Shown here one piece after another: positions 58,561 through 64,000 of a stretch of DNA of 64,000 nucleotides. The notes under the pieces are model-generated. The model was not told the origin of the DNA and made no database searches. It was given only the letters and a program-made list of their open reading frames with translations. Source of the stretch: Marsupella aquatica (taxonomy: Eukaryota > Plantae > Marchantiophyta); assembly GCA_973895155.1 (NCBI GenBank), contig OZ316898.1, positions 684,751-748,750 on the forward strand. Direction: 5' to 3'. Position 1 is the first letter of the stretch. Each line of letters starts with the position of its first letter. A program made the translations under genes and the position numbers.

Positions 58561-60674
58561 TATACTAAGGTGTTCCTAGGGTGCCTTCCTGCTTTACCCA
58601 CTTAACCGGCCGAGTGATTCCTGTCTAGGCATCACACTCACGGAGTGTGCATCTCCTGCTACAGTAGTTAAATTACTTATTTGGCTGCTTCCCTCTCGGG
58701 AGGCTTAGTTTCTTTCCTGGTACCGGCCGCACCAGTTTGTTTTTGCACTTCTGACCTCTGGTCCACCTTTGGCGTTGCCTTTGTGGCCGCCTCTTTGTAT
58801 GGTGTCTTTGTGAATGGAATTCAAAAATATCTTTCAAGGCAAAAAAATTAACCCAAATTTAAATTGTCTTCATGTATATCACCAATAGCCAATCAAATCT
58901 TAACTAAATGCATATGCAGATAGTCAAAAGTCACCCATTTCTTACACTAACTGAATCCATATCATCAATTCCATGTGAGTAATTCATTTGTCCATAATGG
59001 CACTGTCAATGTCATCTTGTAGAGATTCATCCAAGGGTAGTTGCACATAACCCTGTCGCCACGTCTTCCCTACTGTTGTTATCATCATCTTTTGTATTTT
59101 TACCACTATTGTGCCTAACATCTATATCATGCTGATCACCAACACTTTTACCATTTTCAATACAGGCAGAATTATTGAAATCAACATTATTATTGATACC
59201 ACACTCATTTCCATCAAGTGTTCCAACATGATGAACTTCTTGAACGGTAAGAACATTCACCTTTTTTGCATTTGTCTTTCAATCTATTCATTAAAAGTGA
59301 ATTATTATTCAATTTATGAGCATTTGGACAACATAAAGTGTACATTTGGCTTTCAAAAAGTGTACAATTGGACAAAAAGTAAATATGTTGGCCATCAGAT
59401 GTACCACCATGTTCATCCTTTGTAAATGAATTAGGATGAGACTCCTTCTAGTAAAGAACATTTTTGCACCCTCAATTTTACAATTGACTATTTAGGTGTA
59501 GAGTTTGTACTATAGTGTACCTTTTGGAGTTAAAAAGTATACATTTAGAGGCCTAAAAGTGAACAAAATAAAATACACTTTTAATGAATAGGGTGATAGT
59601 CTTCTTCTTTCTCTCCATTGTGTACAACACCTTGAGTTGGTTATGTTCTGCTTCTCTCTTACATTTTAACGGTCTAGATTCTAATTCCTCAAAGATACAC
59701 CTATACAAAGTAATATATATGTCCCTCAAAACAACATTGAGTAGCATATCAACATGTTTCGATGGTCAATCCGCATGTTTAACTCCATGGGTTGAACAGT
59801 CATGCCAATACTCTTCCTGATATGTAATGCTCTAATCATTGGACACTACATCGACCAAATTTCTCATCACTGAGGATGTCTTCAAACACGATGCTCATGA
59901 TAAATCCTTTTCAATTTCAACATCAGATCCTATTTCCAATACGTTCCAATATGCTTCAGACATACCTTCTTCTCACACTCTCTCATTTCTATAAATCTAA
60001 CAAGATATCTCTTTTGTCTGTTGAATTTTTTGGTGCCCATCTGGAGGGATTCAAGTGATTCCATGTACACTAGGATAACTCTCGTGGGCAACTTGCCTAA
60101 ATCTTGCAAGCTCTCAATGATATGCTCAGTGTTTTGAAAACTCTGCTCAGGTCGATATACATTGTATTGGTCAATTCCATTGTTCTCCAACTCTTCATGC
60201 GCAAGCTGAGTATTAAAGGTCAACTCCAGCTGAGGTTGCTGACCGATGATCCCAGTTGATTCCACAAGACTATTCTTGATTGTGAACATCTTCTTCCTTT
60301 AGATGGCATGAGATCACCCTATTCATTAAAACTGGAATTTCTCTAGTCCAGAAGTTGACCTTCAAATTTCTTATTTTACCCCCAAAAGTTCTATAACTTG
60401 TTCCCCAAAAGCATACAATTTAGTGGCCAAATATACACTTTTTGAGGTCTAAAATTACAATTCTAATGCCCAAATTATTAATTAAATAATTCAATTATCA
60501 ATTATTAATACTTATTAATTAAAAGACAATAAAGTGTTCTTATTATATACAATATAAACAATGAAAAAATAGAATAAGACAATATAATAAATTCAAATGA
60601 CCCGTGATAACCAAGTTACACAAACACGGAAGGTAAACCGGTGATGTATTATAAAAGTAAAAAACCTATTTTTA

Positions 60675-61032
60675 CAGGGTCGAGACCACGTCTGCCCCAA
60701 TGCAGGCTCTAGATGGTTTTGACCGGTTACAAGTTGAATGTATATCAATTACTATGTAAAAATTTATGTCGAGATTATCTCGACCCAAATGTAGGGTCCA
60801 CATAATTTTGACCCCTTGTTGAATCTATATCTCTAGCTATTCCCTTTGTATAGGGTCGAGACCCAAATAACCTTTTTCTGAGAACATATCTACAAGTAAA
60901 AGAGGATCAACAACATCTAGACTCAAATGGATAGTACGCATAGCTTCACTCTTTTTTCGAGTAAGAATATGTATATCTACAACTCACATCGTAACTGTTC
61001 AGTGTAGGGTCGAGATGATCTAGACCCAAATC
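60675..61032. repeat. Cluster of degenerate palindromic GGGTCGAGAT/ATCTCGACCC motifs
   Basis: agggtcgagac (~60676), gtcgagattatctcgacccaaatgtagggtc (~60768), tagggtcgagacccaaat (~60851), tgtagggtcgagatgatctagacccaaat (~61003). Confidence 0.6.
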
Positions 61033-62074
61033 TCATGCTCCACCCCGCATAATTCATTTGAGCAAGTAAATCTAAACCCTGACGGGTCATATTTCATATC
61101 GCGATTGCAGAAATTGAGAGGCTTTCTATTCCAGAACTTTGTGGTGAGGTCCCTACACCTCAGGACTTTTGAAACAAATCCCTGATGATTGTCTCTGTAG
61201 GGTCCTGTGTACTGATATCCAATTAATGTCTTTGCAAGGTCGTTGATCGCCTCCTCCGTCAATTCCTCCATTGGTGGTAATTGTTGCACTTCATTCTTGA
61301 CATCCCAAGGAATTTCGTCCGCTGTGACATCCAAGATTGTATGGATAACCGAATGAACCCATACCATACTACCCCATCGCTCCGTCAACAATGCATAAAT
61401 GGCAGCCTGTTGATCTCTGTCCGCTAAAACATTTATCATAGACCACTTTGGATGATTGATAAAAAGGTAGTGCTGAAGATTGAAGGCATGATACAATTTC
61501 CTGAGCAGAGGCCACAGTATTTCTGGAAAGAATGTATCATCCGTGGAGTGATGCGAAAATGAGGAAGGAAACAACCCACAATTCTCTGGATTTGCAAATG
61601 CCTTCATTGGAGTGTCATCAAGAAGGAGTGTATAAGTTTTGTCGTATAATCCACCATAACGTTTCCAAACAACCCTCAAATCCTTCAAATGAATATTTGC
61701 CTTCCCATCGGTAATGTCAGGCCTCTGGATTCCAGTATCAAATGTATCTTCTTATGTGAGAATAAACTTGAATTGCTCTCGCTCTTCTTGACTGAAGATC
61801 AAATGAATCATTTCATCCGTCCTGGGTTTCCTTGCACAAGTCCAAATGGCAACATCAAATAACGAAAAAGTTGCGATTAAGAACTTGTGAAGATGGGGTC
61901 ACTCAACATACATAAAGTTAAACCCTCCACGTCTCCCCCAGTGGACACCCTTGACACTTGTCGCACTACGGCGCGGTCCAGAACTTGGCGTTTTGACAGA
62001 ATCTCAACACATTTTGTTGAGGTCAAGAATCAATAGCTTCCGTCTGATCGGACCGTGAAGTGGAGGCAAGGGTC
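61020..62074 (-). pseudogene. FCP1-homology (NIF/HAD-family) phosphatase-like domain, disrupted
   Basis: RRKLLILDLNK (motif I, DLN variant), PHLHKFL...FDVAIWTCA, KDLRVVW, TLLLDDTPMKAFANP. Stops or frameshifts lie between 61690 and 62030. Acceptor ttctttgcag| precedes 62074. Confidence 0.75.
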
Positions 62075-62641
62075 CTGCAAAGAAGGAACACCAATGTTAG
62101 AATTGTGAGAGATAAAATAGAGGAATGTTCGAGATAATCTCAAGCATCACAAGTGAATGTACAACAGTCAACATCATACCTATTGTTGGTTGAAGATTAG
62201 TAGTTGAAGAAATCTCAGGACATCTTCGGAGATTATTGTTGACGCACTCCACAACTGGTAAGGGCCCGCCTATTTCTGTGAAGATAGACATAATAATTTA
62301 GACAACTGAATTTCAGGACTGTTCAAACTAACTTGGGTTTCAACCTCACGTGCTGAAAGACCCAAATTCATCTAGAAGGTTATCTCCTAGTTGGTTTTGG
62401 ATGTCCAAATTTATCCCTTCGGGAAGGGTCTCAACAAGAGCTGGCTCAGACCAAAGTGGCACTAATTTGAACTTATCCTTCCTATACTTTCTAGATCAAA
62501 TAATCTTCTCAGACTGCTCTATACTGACTTATTGACCTTTTGACAGTCCATCAGTCCAGACATAATGAGTAGCACTTGCTTTGAGTGATTTGTAACCAGT
62601 TCTACCGATTTCAGTCCCCGGTTTCCTAACAAAAGGGAGAA

Positions 62642-64000
62642 TTACAGGGCTTCCAATAGAAGAATCTGTGAGAACAAGCTTATTCTCTGAAGCGCAAAAC
62701 ATTTGGTCCAAGGGAGAGGACGATGCACCTGCCTCGTCCTGAGGGGGAGTATGGCCCAGCGACTAGCTTTCTTAGTAGAGAGAATCTCATCCAGTTGAGG
62801 AGGGCTTGGAATTGGTTGGCTAACTGCGTCCTGCAAGGTGGATTCCCAGCCAACATCCAAGGTTGAAGACTGTTGTTCACGTTGTGCGTCTCCAAGGCCA
62901 CCCGATGAAGGAACACCTGGAAGGTCAAGATCATCTCGAGCATCATTTCCAAATTCAGGCAATATTTCACCCTCCTCTTCCATGTAGCTTGGGATTTTCA
63001 GGCCCTCCATTTTGCGATGCTCTAAATTCTTCGCAAATACTTCCTCAAAAACACTGGCTTCCACCGGAGCTATGTCTGAGGCAAGGCCCCAAAGGCCTTT
63101 GAAGGCCCCAAGGCCTTTGAAGGCCCCAAGGCTATTCAAAGGCAAGACTGTGAAGTCTTTGTCCCACTTCTCACTGTAGTTCCAAAACGCATAAAAGTCA
63201 TCAAAGAAAATTTGGGACCAGTCTGGTTCCTCTTCACAACAAATTCCCCCAAAGATGATTGAGTCTCGGGCTCCAATGAGAAAATCTCCCTCCTCCTTGG
63301 GCAGCTGATCACGGTAGTAGCTCCCGTACTCCAACTTTGTGTGGACTTTCTTCTCACGACGAATATTTTCAAAGACACTCTGAATCTGGCCTATCAATGG
63401 GCCTTGACGGAAAAAAAACATTACCAAGAGCTCCGTCGAGTTTGCCATCTGTAAACAATACTCCAGCAAGACAAAAATTTCGGCATTTGTCCACTGCCGT
63501 TGTCGAAGATGACCAAAATTGACAATGGAAAGTGGGCACGTCCTTTGCACCAAGTCAACAATCTCAGGCTTCATTGTCCTCATCAAATTATCGCTAAAAA
63601 ATGTGCGATAAGGAGTATCCTCCATTGAAGGCATCCTACCAAATACCTTGCAATATATCTGCTCAAGCCTAACAATGAGACTTTGCGGAAATGGGTCTTT
63701 TGGCCTATTTCTTTTTAGGAGGTTGGAAATCCAAACCTCTCCAGCAAGTTGTCTAAGTTTGGGCAACTCACCACGATCCATAAATGCAGACAAATATTGA
63801 GTTAGCTCAAACTAAGTGAGTGAATTGGCAAACCGATCCGGATACTTCAAGATGAAGTTCTCCACAATTTTTGCCCTCAACTTGGTCATGACTTTGAAAG
63901 TATGAGCCATATCACTCATTGATTGAACATCAGATTTGTTGTCTAGGTCTTTCTTCAATAAAACCTTCTGATGTTGAACGGCAGTAAAAACTTTCAGAAT
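62642..64000 (-). pseudogene. Large unknown coding region running off the window edge, possibly upstream exon(s) of the FCP1-like gene
   Basis: 383-aa ORF 62642..63793. The frame continues upstream across one stop (…KIVENFILKYPDRFANSLT*FELTQYLSAF). Contains an internal 18-bp duplication (LGAFKG). No family recognised. Confidence 0.45.

Larger units (their letters stand above)
44467..58636 (-). mobile_element. Ty3/Gypsy LTR retrotransposon (non-chromovirus, Athila/Tat-like RT without an extra aRH domain), 14170 bp, with giant ORF-containing LTRs
   Basis: TG...CA termini with imperfect inverted ends tgtggtgc / gcatcaca. 5-bp TSD CTCAC at 44462-44466 and 58637-58641. PBS, gag-PR and RT-RH-IN order. 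Direct repeat 44467-48279 versus 53980-57789. Confidence 0.95.
53980..58636 (-). repeat. 5' LTR, 4657 bp, complete
   Basis: On the minus strand it starts TGTGATGC right after the TSD, ends GCACCACA and is followed 4 nt later by the PBS. Confidence 0.88.

Noticed and set aside
45148-58579. Many plus-strand ORFs over the retrotransposon (e.g. 45650..46159, 55163..55672, 57533..57997)
   Set aside because: Antisense shadows of the long minus-strand ORFs; Ser/Leu/Phe-rich with no motifs.
44467-58636. Reading the locus as a tandem array of two elements sharing a 322-bp LTR
   Set aside because: The right end at 58636 is a clean CA terminus with an inverted match to the left end and the same CTCAC TSD. 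One insertion with a 4.66-kb LTR explains this better than a randomly truncated second unit.

Overview
Eukaryotic land-plant nuclear DNA with GT-AG introns; a non-seed plant such as a liverwort is my inference from the gene content, not proven. Two host genes look intact: an intronless secreted DUF642-like cell-wall protein (21181..22485 +) and a 9-exon MASE1-HisKA-HATPase-REC hybrid histidine kinase (33831..39885 +, about 1196 aa). The main feature is a young 14.2-kb non-chromoviral Ty3/Gypsy retrotransposon (44467..58636, minus strand) inserted into a LINE 3' end and flanked by a perfect CTCAC target-site duplication. Its LTR is 4657 bp long, and about 80% of it is a single 1219-codon ORF (basic N-terminus, PMD/plant-transposon-like motif, long coiled coil). 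A relic PPT+TG lies 322 bp from the LTR 3' end, suggesting the LTR grew by absorbing a former 3' extra ORF. Gag-protease and RT-RH-IN are joined by a candidate -1 frameshift (G_GAU_UUU, 5-nt spacer, 10-bp stem, possible pseudoknot) placed after the protease. The rest is decayed genes (a WxxxF-repeat protein, an FCP1/HAD phosphatase-like pseudogene), MITEs, retroelement remnants and short tandem duplications.
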